Shown piece after piece: positions 17,199-26,157 of a stretch of 64,000 nt of DNA. Numbering within the stretch: the stretch's first letter is position 1; every line of letters begins with the position of its first letter. Where the stretch lies: NCBI GenBank assembly GCA_963662275.1, contig OY759316.1, positions 2,406,177 to 2,470,176 of the forward strand, in the 5' to 3' direction. The stretch comes from Candidatus Cloacimonadales bacterium. GTDB lineage: Bacteria > Cloacimonadota > Cloacimonadia > Cloacimonadales > DAONDQ01. Under the pieces are notes generated by a model. That model made no database searches. It was given only the letters and a program-made list of their open reading frames with translations, and was not told where the DNA came from. The translations under genes and the position numbers were made by a program.

Positions 17199-18071
17199 TT
17201 ACATCTTATTCATCAGTTCATTGATGATTTTACATGACTGCTCTCGGGAAACGTTAGTCAAATGCACGTATACCATGGTCGCTCTAAGACTTTCGTGCCC
17301 GAGCAAGTCTTTGATGATGATGATACTGACACCTGCTTCCAATAAATGTGTGGCATAAGAATGTCTGAGTGTATGACAGGTTACATGCTTAGGGATGCGT
17401 GTCTCCTTTAAGGCTGACTTCAGAGCTGACCGAAGAGTTTGGACAGAAATCTGGTTCGAGGTTGTCATTCTGTTAATATCAGCCTGTCTGGTGCTTCTGC
17501 TCGGGAATAAAAGCTGTCTGTTCTGATGGGTTTTCCAATATTCCCGGAGTTCCTGATACAATTTTTCAGGCAGAGGTATTGACCTGTCTTTGTTGCCTTT
17601 GGATTGCCTTACCGTGATGGTCATCAATTCCCGGTTGATATCGGCTATTTTAATCTTGACTGCTTCCGAAATCCTTAATCCGCATTGATAGGTAAGAGTC
17701 AGTAAGAGTCGATAATCATAAGTATGAATGCGGGAGATAAGCATTCTAACTTCGTCTGTGGTCAGAATCACAGGAAGTTTGTGCTCAATCTTTGCCTTAA
17801 AAAAGGTAAAATCCTCTTGCCTGAAACCAACAACATGGATGAAAAAAAATCTGATGCCATAATAGGCTGATTTTAAACTCTGAGGACTATAATTCTTGAC
17901 GTTATGCAGGTAGACAAAATATGTTCTTACCTGTTCAATAGATAGTGTGCCGGGGTCTTGACCATAATATGATGCTAAAGAAGTGACTTGTCTGATGTAA
18001 TTGTATTTTGTCTCTCGGGACACGCCTCGAAGATCAAGGCACTCTAAAAAGCGAACTTCGTATGATTCCAT
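17199..18071 (-). CDS. Tyrosine recombinase (phage-integrase family) coupled to the IS91 transposase
   Basis: 290 aa. The R..HxxR..Y catalytic set is visible: GLRISEAV, HTLRHSYATHLL, LLGHESLRATMVYVHL. Confidence 0.85.
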   Translation of the reverse strand: MESYEVRFLECLDLRGVSRETKYNYIRQVTSLASYYGQDPGTLSIEQVRTYFVYLHNVKNYSPQSLKSAYYGIRFFFIHVVGFRQEDFTFFKAKIEHKLPVILTTDEVRMLISRIHTYDYRLLLTLTYQCGLRISEAVKIKIADINRELMTITVRQSKGNKDRSIPLPEKLYQELREYWKTHQNRQLLFPSRSTRQADINRMTTSNQISVQTLRSALKSALKETRIPKHVTCHTLRHSYATHLLEAGVSIIIIKDLLGHESLRATMVYVHLTNVSREQSCKIINELMNKM

Positions 18072-18448
18072 ACTTACCTCCAGTTAATTTTGGGGGTAAG
18101 TATGCTTTTAGTGAGGGTTCAGTATATCAATAGTTTAAATGCATGAAACACGAGTTTACTGCGAACGGTACTGCTGCTTGCAGCTTCGTTCAACAATGTG
18201 AAAATAATGAATTAAATTCATATTTAAATATTAATAATATACCTTGACTCAATAATAAAATCTACAATTATGCAGTTTGCTTGGTAGCTTATTGTTGCAC
18301 TATCAATGATAGTAAACTAGGTTACTTTAAACAAAAAAGGGCTTTCTTTCCTTAACCTGTTCGGTATCTCTGCCTGGAAATAGTTAAAACTGGAATTATC
18401 ATAGAAATCCTAATTCAATACATCAGTGATTTGATCATAAAGAGGTTG

Positions 18449-20542
18449 ATGATGAAAATGATGCTTCTCATTCCCTTGTTTTTTCTGATAACGATATCTG
18501 TCTTTGCAGTTAGAACTGACCCCTTGAAATTTCATATCAGCAATCTTTCATTAACTGATATGGTTAATGGACCATGGATGTATGATCTTGATGATCCTGG
18601 AACGGGTTTGACAACACACGATGGAAATTGCTATTCACTAAAACCAGGTGCAAGTAACACTCATTTGAATGCATTTAAAAATTTGGAATGGTCTACATCA
18701 GGTACTCTGACAACTTCCACATTATTGGAACATAGTATGCCGTCACTGATCAGTGGTGGAGATGTTGTCACGGTGACGATGAATCCATACGTACTTACTG
18801 GTTTTAACAAGGATAACACTGTTGATCCATCACTGGCATGGAACATATATGGACAGGCTGGTGATCGTCGTGATTATTCGGGAGGAATTTGTCATTTTTA
18901 TACGAATGGTGTTGAAAAAATGAGGATAGTTAATTGCACTATTGTTGCAAATAGTCCATATCAAAATGCCTCGCAGATACGTGCGCTTTTAGTAACAATG
19001 GGACCTCCCTATTCATTAGTAGCTGCTAACTGGCAGAAAGATGTCGGTTCCGGTGGGAATCACGATTTACGCGGGTGGGGTTATCTTGATTCCCCTAATA
19101 CTGATCCTGCTTGGGCAGCAGTATATGCCAATCCATATGGAAATCAAGTTTTTTTTGATATCACTAATGTTACATATACATACGGACCACCTAACGGTCA
19201 GTACTCTTTTGATTTAGCAGTTGATCCAGCAACTCATGAAGAAAATGTATCGATAGAGCAGGTCCCAATTGGCAATGATATTGATGTATCAACTCCTTCT
19301 TCAGAATTAGATACACATTTTATTACAGCTATTAGTGGTGGTGCGACAAGCAACCTTAGAGGGTATACCGTTACTGAAGTTTTAACCGCTCCGGGGGGTA
19401 TTTATCCTGCTGAAATATTAACTTATGCTTCAAAATACTGGCAACTGAGTACAACCCTTGCCTCTTTCAATGCTGATATCACATTCAATATTGCTGGTTT
19501 GAATTTAGGTAACCAAAACTCGTTAAGAATTTTATCTCGTCCTTTTTACAGTAATTTTTGGACGGTCTATCCTTTGGGTAGCATTTCAATTATCGATGCT
19601 ACTCATATCAAAGCACTCGGTGTCACCAGCTTCGTTGAATGGACAATCGCTTCAATTGATTACCCTCCTCCTCTTTCGTCCCCCATTGTAACCGCCAGTT
19701 TCACTAATAATAGCATACAACTTAATTGGGACGCTGTCTCAGGAGCTACTTCCTATAGGGTAGAAAGTTCAAATTATCCAGATGGAAATTACATTGCAAT
19801 CGGACAACCCACTATTAATTCATTTCATCCTACAAATTATACACTTCCCACTGGAGATAATACGACGTATGTATATTATCGGGTAACGACTTCATCACGA
19901 AGTAGGGTAGAATCGGCACCATCTGAAACAGTATCCATCGCTATTACACGATTAGGAGTTGTTGGTTTGAACCTGGTCGGTGTTCCTTTTACTGCTTCAT
20001 CGGCTTATGCATCATCTATAGCTTCAAATGGAAACGTTGATATGATAGCTAGCTGGGATGCATCTATGCAAAATTGGAATGTATCCACAAATTTGGAAGG
20101 ATTTTTCGATAATGACTTTGAGCTTACTCCCGGTATGGTATGCTTTGTAAACAATACAGTTGCTGGTTCTTACTGTGCATTTTTTGACATTGGTAGTAAT
20201 CCTACCTATTCTATCGATATTGTTCAAGGCTATAACTTCATCCGAATCCCATATTATACTCCTTATTCGGGATTTCTACTGAATTACTTTCCTGATAATC
20301 CTTATTGGGAGACAGATCCTGACCCTGATACTGATTCCCCTTATGAATTATATCTGATGATGAATTCTGCAATAGAATCTATCTCTCAGTGGGATGCAAA
20401 TGAACAGTACTGGCAGCAATATCTCCCCAATAGCTTCAGCAATGATTGGGGTACCATACTTCCAAATCATTGCTACTCTATTTATTCTCCCGTGGCGATA
20501 CCCAACTGGTTTACTCCCAGCCGTAATGGAGGTGTGAAATGA
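18449..20542 (+). CDS. Secreted protein with an internal Fn3 module, unknown function (no sorting domain)
   Basis: The track ORF starts at a TTG (18431). I prefer the ATG at 18449, after AAAGAGG. It has a signal peptide (MMKMMLLIPLFFLITISVFA) and an Fn3-like block (IQLNWDAVSGATSYRVESS). There is a 4-nt ATGA overlap with the next gene. Confidence 0.65.
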   Translation: MMKMMLLIPLFFLITISVFAVRTDPLKFHISNLSLTDMVNGPWMYDLDDPGTGLTTHDGNCYSLKPGASNTHLNAFKNLEWSTSGTLTTSTLLEHSMPSLISGGDVVTVTMNPYVLTGFNKDNTVDPSLAWNIYGQAGDRRDYSGGICHFYTNGVEKMRIVNCTIVANSPYQNASQIRALLVTMGPPYSLVAANWQKDVGSGGNHDLRGWGYLDSPNTDPAWAAVYANPYGNQVFFDITNVTYTYGPPNGQYSFDLAVDPATHEENVSIEQVPIGNDIDVSTPSSELDTHFITAISGGATSNLRGYTVTEVLTAPGGIYPAEILTYASKYWQLSTTLASFNADITFNIAGLNLGNQNSLRILSRPFYSNFWTVYPLGSISIIDATHIKALGVTSFVEWTIASIDYPPPLSSPIVTASFTNNSIQLNWDAVSGATSYRVESSNYPDGNYIAIGQPTINSFHPTNYTLPTGDNTTYVYYRVTTSSRSRVESAPSETVSIAITRLGVVGLNLVGVPFTASSAYASSIASNGNVDMIASWDASMQNWNVSTNLEGFFDNDFELTPGMVCFVNNTVAGSYCAFFDIGSNPTYSIDIVQGYNFIRIPYYTPYSGFLLNYFPDNPYWETDPDPDTDSPYELYLMMNSAIESISQWDANEQYWQQYLPNSFSNDWGTILPNHCYSIYSPVAIPNWFTPSRNGGVK

Positions 20543-23500
20543 GAAGGATATTAGCATTATTCATATTCATTTTCACATTATCGTTTTTATATGCAGCAGG
20601 TCTTCCCCATTTAGTGACAGGAACTGTTGTTAATTCCGGTACACTTACTCATCCCAGTTCTATTCAAGTAAAAATAAACTACCAGGGAAGTGACTATTAT
20701 TGGCAATGGACGGCACAAGCAAATACCCTGAAAGGTTCATTATACAATTCGGGGACTGGAGAGTTTTGCATCCAAGTCAGCGATGTAAATAGCTATAACA
20801 CAGGGAATGTAGCACAGCTTACAATCAAGGGTAATGATGGCTCACAAGCTACAGCCAGTCTGACCAAATCATCGACTTCCAGAACATCTATTGGTACGAT
20901 AGAAATTGGCACTAACACCAACCCAAATCTAGCCACAACCCCTATTCCTGCCAACGAAGCAACCAATGTATCTATATCCACAAGCCAAATATCATGGACA
21001 TACGCACATGATGCTCTTTATACTGATCCGACAGGTTTTAAGGTATATTTTGATACAATCAGTCCACCTATAAATCAACTGACAAGTGTTACTGGAACAA
21101 CGGGTACTTTTAGTTCACCGATTCCCCCTCTTCTGAACGGTACAACTTATTATTGGAAAGTAGTACCCTTTAATGGAGGTGGTGATGCCATAAACTGTCC
21201 CGTATGGAGTTTTACAACCATTCAAAGTACAGTTGCAAATATTGTCTTCAATCCACAAAGCGGAACATACCAGGCTGCCCAGTCTGTAATACTAACAACA
21301 ACCACTTTAGGGGCAGAGATACGATATACTCTTGACGGAAGCGAACCAAATGAAGCGTCAACTTTGTATAGTACACCAATCAACATTCCTTTGAATACTA
21401 CAGTAATGATCAAAGCGAAGGCTTATAAAACAAATTGGATTCCCAGTCTGACTTATTCAGCCTCCTATGTGGTTACAGGGCAAGTATCTTTAACCATGCC
21501 GGTATTCATTCCACCTTCCGGTACTTACTCAATGCCTCAGCTTGTAACATTGAATACGATTACAAATCCAGCAGGTGCTGAACTCAGATATACAGCCGAT
21601 GGTACAAATCCCATAACCTCGTCTCAACTATATTCATCTGCCATTCAGATTCCGGTAGGAACAACAGCATTAAAAGTGAAAGCCTTTCTAACAAATTGGC
21701 TGCCGAGCGATACAGAAACAGCATTCTATACCGTAACGGGCATAGACGTAAACCCTTACCTGGCAACTCTACCTATTCCTGAAAATGGCGCAAGCAATGT
21801 GCCACTATCGACAAACCAGATATCCTGGTCATATGCGCATAATACATCTTACTCAGACCCAACAGGCTTTAAAGTCTATTTTGGTATGGATGCACTTCCA
21901 GGAACATATACGTATGTTGCTGGAAGTGTGGGTACTTTTTCTTTACCAGTAACGCTGGTTTCAGGAGGTCATTATTATTGGAAAGTCGTCCCGACAACAA
22001 GTGGTAGAAAACACTCATCTAAACAAGAAGTTGAAACTCGAGGTGATGCTGTAGGAGCTGTTGTATGGGATTTTACAGCACATATTTTGAACCAGCCACC
22101 CACAATAGTTCTGCCAAACTCGTTTACGATCAACCAGAATGAAGTCACAACTATAGACTTTTCATCCTTCTTATCTGACCCCGATAGTGATCCTCTTACC
22201 TTAAGTGTGATTGGAAATAATCATATAAACGTAACCATTGATAACTTGATTGTCTCTTTCACACCTCAGACCAATTGGGTTGGGAATGAAAACTTAACAT
22301 TCACGGTCAATGATGGTGTGATGCAAAACTTAAGGAATACTGCTTCAGATGTGATTACGATACAAGTCAGGAATCCACTGATTGTAGATTTTATGACCAA
22401 CAGTACGTTAAATAACAATGTCGTTGCGAATGATCAGCAAACCATTTTAACCTTCAACACAAGCACTAATCTGCCATTAACTTCGTACCAATGGGATTTT
22501 AACAATGATGGCAATATTGATTCCACATTACCTACTCCCACTTGGCTCTATACTTCTCCCGGAACAATGTCTGTTGCTTTAACAGCCAGCGATGGTATTC
22601 ATGTTTCTACGATAATCAAATCAGATTACATCAATGTCTTACCAGGTGTGCTAGTTCCACCCACGATAGAAAATAACAACGTGGTCTGGACTGAGGAAGG
22701 CGGTCCTTATAACGTCACTGGTGAAATGCTGTTCAATTCAGGGGCTAATCTTACCATTATGCCCAATACGCAGGTGAATATGCTGGTTGATAGCCTGATT
22801 GTCATCAACGGCAATATCAATGCATCCAATGCCAACTTCACAGCCTATGGTGAAAACGGCTGGGGCGGATTGGTGTTGAATCCCTCCTCCACCAATAGTA
22901 CGATCAGCGGACTGACTCTACTCGGTGCAGCAACGGGAATCACGATCAATGGCTGTAATCCAATCTTGAGTAATTTGAATCTAACCGGTGCTAGTTCTTT
23001 ACGTACACCAACCACAGCAATTGTAATCAGTGGAGACGCTAATCCGGTCATTTCCAATATTCAAATAAATAATTTTGCTAGTGGCATTAAGGCAACGAAT
23101 TCATCTGCAACGAACGTTGCTTTGAACATGAACAATATAAGCATACAACAGAATAACCTGGCACCTTCAGTAACGGATATCGGGATTGAACTGACAGGTA
23201 ACTACTCAACTGAGATCGATTACATTGATATTATAGGGTATCATGATGGTATCACCATTACAGGTGTAGATGCAGCAGCACGGCAGGCAAGACTGACAAA
23301 TGTACGCGTCATTCGTACGGAAGCCAGTTCCCGTGATCTTGGAAAGGCGATCTTCATCAACAATATGAACAACATCTTTATAGAAAACGATTCTCTTTCA
23401 GGATTCAGCACGGGAATTGAAATCGCCAATAACACAACAACCCAGGCAATTGTAAATATTTCAAATACAGCAATCAATAAATCTCCAGCACAGACTCTCA

Positions 23501-25656
23501 CTGATATTGCCGTTAAAATTACCGGTCTGGCTTCAGGTACAATCGATTCTCTGCTCGTTCAAAACTATCATTTTGGAATTGAACTTTCAGGAAATCAGCA
23601 ACTTTCCATAGAAAATAGCGATTTTATTAATTGCAGCACTGTGCTTAAGGATAACCAAAACCAGTCAACTCATTCGCTTCGCAATAATTTGGTTTATCGA
23701 AATGGTATGTTTGGTGGAATTGTAGTGGCTCCTGCTCTTGAACTTACCTCTGCAGCAAACCTGGATGTCAGCAACAACACCATTCACAATTATCCAAATA
23801 TACTCAATGCTGCCAGTTCATCGAGTCTTTCCTTCTGGCAAAATATCGCCTGGTGTGTTAATCCGACTGCCAGTCCGATAACGTTAGCAGGTGGTTCCAC
23901 AATCAACGCCACATATAACGATATTGCTCTGCAAAATGGTATCTTTCCAGGAATAGGCAACATCAATGCCAATCCATTGTACGTAAATGCAAACTCAGCC
24001 AATTTCTACTTGGATGTCTATAGTCCCTGTATCAATACAGGAAATCCAGTAAATCCAACTGATCCTGATGGTTCTAGAGCAGATATGGGAGCAATACCGT
24101 ATGATCAGACAACAATGCCGTTAATTGCAGATTTCTATTGTGATTCAGTTTCCGGGCAGCATCCCCTCGCTGTACATTTTACAAATCACTCCACATTCAA
24201 TGCCAACACTTGGAACTGGGATTTCAATGGTGATAACATAACAGACAGCAATGTTGAAAATCCTTCATGGATCTATACTATACCCGGAATATATTCAGTT
24301 AAACTGACTGTTACGAGTAACGATAGTACAAAAACCAAGATTCTTTCAAACTACATAACTGTGCTCAACTCAGCTCCCATGATTACCTTGGATATACCGG
24401 ATCTGGTAGAATCAGAAGACTTCACAGAATTCCAGTTCGATTTAAACAATTACTTTGCTGACGCTAACGGAGACGCTCTGAGTTTCTCCTTCGTGAAAGA
24501 CTCTGAAATCGTCAATGCATCACTAGCTCAAGGTATTCTCACGATCAGCAGCGTTCCTACTTTGAACGGAACAGTTAATTTTACAGTAACTGCCAATGAT
24601 GGGTTGGCATCTTTATCAAAGCAAAAAAATGAACAGGGCATATTGCCATATGTCCCTACATTAAAAGAACAACCTCAAAAAGTATCTCTTACTTATAAGA
24701 CGGGTGTATTGCCATGCGTCCCTACTTCACCCAATCGGGCATCTGTTTCAAATTCCTTCATACTAACAGTCACACCTGTTAATAATCCTCCTGTGATTAC
24801 TGGGATGCCATCTTCTTTCACATTTGATGAGGATGGTTCGCTGCAAATCAACGTTGGACAATATGTTTCTGATATTGACAGCTCTGTCCTCAGTCTTTCC
24901 ATCAGTGATAATGAGCATATCACGGCTGAAGTTAATCAATTAAATGTTCTTTTACATGCACAAGCAAACTGGTCGGGTACTGAGCAACTCACATTTATAG
25001 TCAGCGATAATTCCACACTTGCGAAACTGAATCACCGTGCTGAAACATCAGTGATATGTACAATCATCGTGAATCCTGTCAATGACCCGCCCGTTATTAC
25101 TGTTCATAATCCGGCAGATTCACTTGTCAGTGTTATGAGTGGTACAACAGTGAATTTTTCGGTAACTGCGACTGATATCGATAGCCAGATCAGCTATGCC
25201 TGGTTTGTAGATAATATCAACCAGCATATATCCACAAACACATTCAGTCATCAGTTTATAGGTGCGAATTCACATACAGTTAAGTTAGTTCTGAACGACA
25301 ATGCAGGTGCTGTATTACAGTTAATCTGGCATGTGCAGGTAACTGTTGGAAACGACGATAACACGGCACCTCCGTTAGTTACACAATTATACCAGAACCA
25401 GCCGAATCCTTTCTCCGATAATACAGTCATTAACTACAGCATTAAGGAACCGGGAGTAGTCAAACTGTCAGTTTACAATATGCGTGGACAATTGGTGAAG
25501 GTTCTTTACGCTGCTGATAAAAAGAGCGGATTTTATTCTGTGAAATGGAACGGCAAGAATGAACTTGGTAATTCAGTCACAGAAGGTGTATATATTTTGA
25601 GATTTGAAACAAATGGTATAACCGATTCAAAGAAGGTATTAGTCCTTAGACGATGA
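20539..25656 (+). CDS. Giant multidomain surface protein with T9SS-type sorting domain (Fn3-like, chitobiase-C-like x3, PKD x2, parallel beta-helix, cadherin/Ig-like modules)
   Basis: 1705 aa with a signal peptide. Chitobiase-C-like repeats (for example FNPQSGTYQAAQSVILTT..EIRYTLDGSEPNEAS). PKD motifs (WDFNNDGNIDS...GTMSVALTASDG and WDFNGDNITDS..GIYSVKLTVTS). NN-rich beta-helix repeats. Modules are bounded by NQPPTIV, VNNPPVIT and VNDPPVIT. The CTD is QPNPF..VYNMRGQLV..WNGKNELG..EGVYILRF..KKVLVLRR. Confidence 0.85.
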   Translation: MRRILALFIFIFTLSFLYAAGLPHLVTGTVVNSGTLTHPSSIQVKINYQGSDYYWQWTAQANTLKGSLYNSGTGEFCIQVSDVNSYNTGNVAQLTIKGNDGSQATASLTKSSTSRTSIGTIEIGTNTNPNLATTPIPANEATNVSISTSQISWTYAHDALYTDPTGFKVYFDTISPPINQLTSVTGTTGTFSSPIPPLLNGTTYYWKVVPFNGGGDAINCPVWSFTTIQSTVANIVFNPQSGTYQAAQSVILTTTTLGAEIRYTLDGSEPNEASTLYSTPINIPLNTTVMIKAKAYKTNWIPSLTYSASYVVTGQVSLTMPVFIPPSGTYSMPQLVTLNTITNPAGAELRYTADGTNPITSSQLYSSAIQIPVGTTALKVKAFLTNWLPSDTETAFYTVTGIDVNPYLATLPIPENGASNVPLSTNQISWSYAHNTSYSDPTGFKVYFGMDALPGTYTYVAGSVGTFSLPVTLVSGGHYYWKVVPTTSGRKHSSKQEVETRGDAVGAVVWDFTAHILNQPPTIVLPNSFTINQNEVTTIDFSSFLSDPDSDPLTLSVIGNNHINVTIDNLIVSFTPQTNWVGNENLTFTVNDGVMQNLRNTASDVITIQVRNPLIVDFMTNSTLNNNVVANDQQTILTFNTSTNLPLTSYQWDFNNDGNIDSTLPTPTWLYTSPGTMSVALTASDGIHVSTIIKSDYINVLPGVLVPPTIENNNVVWTEEGGPYNVTGEMLFNSGANLTIMPNTQVNMLVDSLIVINGNINASNANFTAYGENGWGGLVLNPSSTNSTISGLTLLGAATGITINGCNPILSNLNLTGASSLRTPTTAIVISGDANPVISNIQINNFASGIKATNSSATNVALNMNNISIQQNNLAPSVTDIGIELTGNYSTEIDYIDIIGYHDGITITGVDAAARQARLTNVRVIRTEASSRDLGKAIFINNMNNIFIENDSLSGFSTGIEIANNTTTQAIVNISNTAINKSPAQTLTDIAVKITGLASGTIDSLLVQNYHFGIELSGNQQLSIENSDFINCSTVLKDNQNQSTHSLRNNLVYRNGMFGGIVVAPALELTSAANLDVSNNTIHNYPNILNAASSSSLSFWQNIAWCVNPTASPITLAGGSTINATYNDIALQNGIFPGIGNINANPLYVNANSANFYLDVYSPCINTGNPVNPTDPDGSRADMGAIPYDQTTMPLIADFYCDSVSGQHPLAVHFTNHSTFNANTWNWDFNGDNITDSNVENPSWIYTIPGIYSVKLTVTSNDSTKTKILSNYITVLNSAPMITLDIPDLVESEDFTEFQFDLNNYFADANGDALSFSFVKDSEIVNASLAQGILTISSVPTLNGTVNFTVTANDGLASLSKQKNEQGILPYVPTLKEQPQKVSLTYKTGVLPCVPTSPNRASVSNSFILTVTPVNNPPVITGMPSSFTFDEDGSLQINVGQYVSDIDSSVLSLSISDNEHITAEVNQLNVLLHAQANWSGTEQLTFIVSDNSTLAKLNHRAETSVICTIIVNPVNDPPVITVHNPADSLVSVMSGTTVNFSVTATDIDSQISYAWFVDNINQHISTNTFSHQFIGANSHTVKLVLNDNAGAVLQLIWHVQVTVGNDDNTAPPLVTQLYQNQPNPFSDNTVINYSIKEPGVVKLSVYNMRGQLVKVLYAADKKSGFYSVKWNGKNELGNSVTEGVYILRFETNGITDSKKVLVLRR
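24636..24725 (-). repeat. Two GTAG-headed hairpin-like repeats embedded in frame within the 20539..25656 CDS (class E)
   Basis: The plus strand reads GGGCATATTGCCATATGTCCCTAC (24636-24659) and GGGTGTATTGCCATGCGTCCCTAC (24702-24725), 66 nt apart. They are translated as GILPYVPT and GVLPCVPT. Confidence 0.55.
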
Positions 25657-26157
25657 CCCCGACTTTAACCCAAAATGAATATCATGATTTATAGCAAGCT
25701 CTAAGCAAGTTCGAGCCTAGCTAAAATATAGTTTATACCAAGCTCGCGAACTTGGAATAAATCATTGAGACTATGGAGATCGAGACTAAGCTATTCCCTT
25801 CTGCCAAATGTCTTATACAAGTTTCTCTTTTTTAAGGATATTCGTAAATCTCGTCATCGAAATATAGTGGTCTGCGAGAATTCTTCCGTTATATATCAAG
25901 CTGAAGCTTGTATTGGGAGTGGGCGCATTCTGTGCTTCAATAGGTGTCTTGAGTTCTGTTGTATTGATTGTAAGACCCTTAGTATGAACAAAAACATCCA
26001 TCTTTCGAGTCGCTGCATCCCTTAAAAAGCGACCTACCCACCTCTTCCTAAGAGGCGTTGCGTTTCTATTCCCTATTACCTAATCCGGTGCATCTCGATA
26101 CATCAGCTAAAGCAGACACTCGATGAACCGGTATCACCCGTTACCTGTCACCTGTTT

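Larger units (their letters stand above)
16056..18071 (-). mobile_element. IS91-family element core (tyrosine recombinase ORF plus HUH-Y2 transposase ORF); true ends not determinable
   Basis: The two ORFs abut (stop at 17199, start at 17198). IS91-type elements lack inverted repeats and target duplications, so only the coding core is delimited here. Confidence 0.7.

Noticed and set aside
20539-25656. The giant surface proteins might be targets of a diversity-generating retroelement or of phase variation.
   Set aside because: The window has no reverse transcriptase, no template/variable repeat pair, and no invertible promoter flanked by inverted repeats next to these genes.
25813-26001. A 62-aa ORF (…EAQNAPTPNTSFSLIYNGRILADHYISMTRFTNIL) resembles the C-terminal YoaP-like domain of some acetyltransferases. 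It might be a gene remnant.
   Set aside because: The match rests only on my recollection of a short motif. There is no RBS and no upstream GNAT part, which is too weak to annotate.
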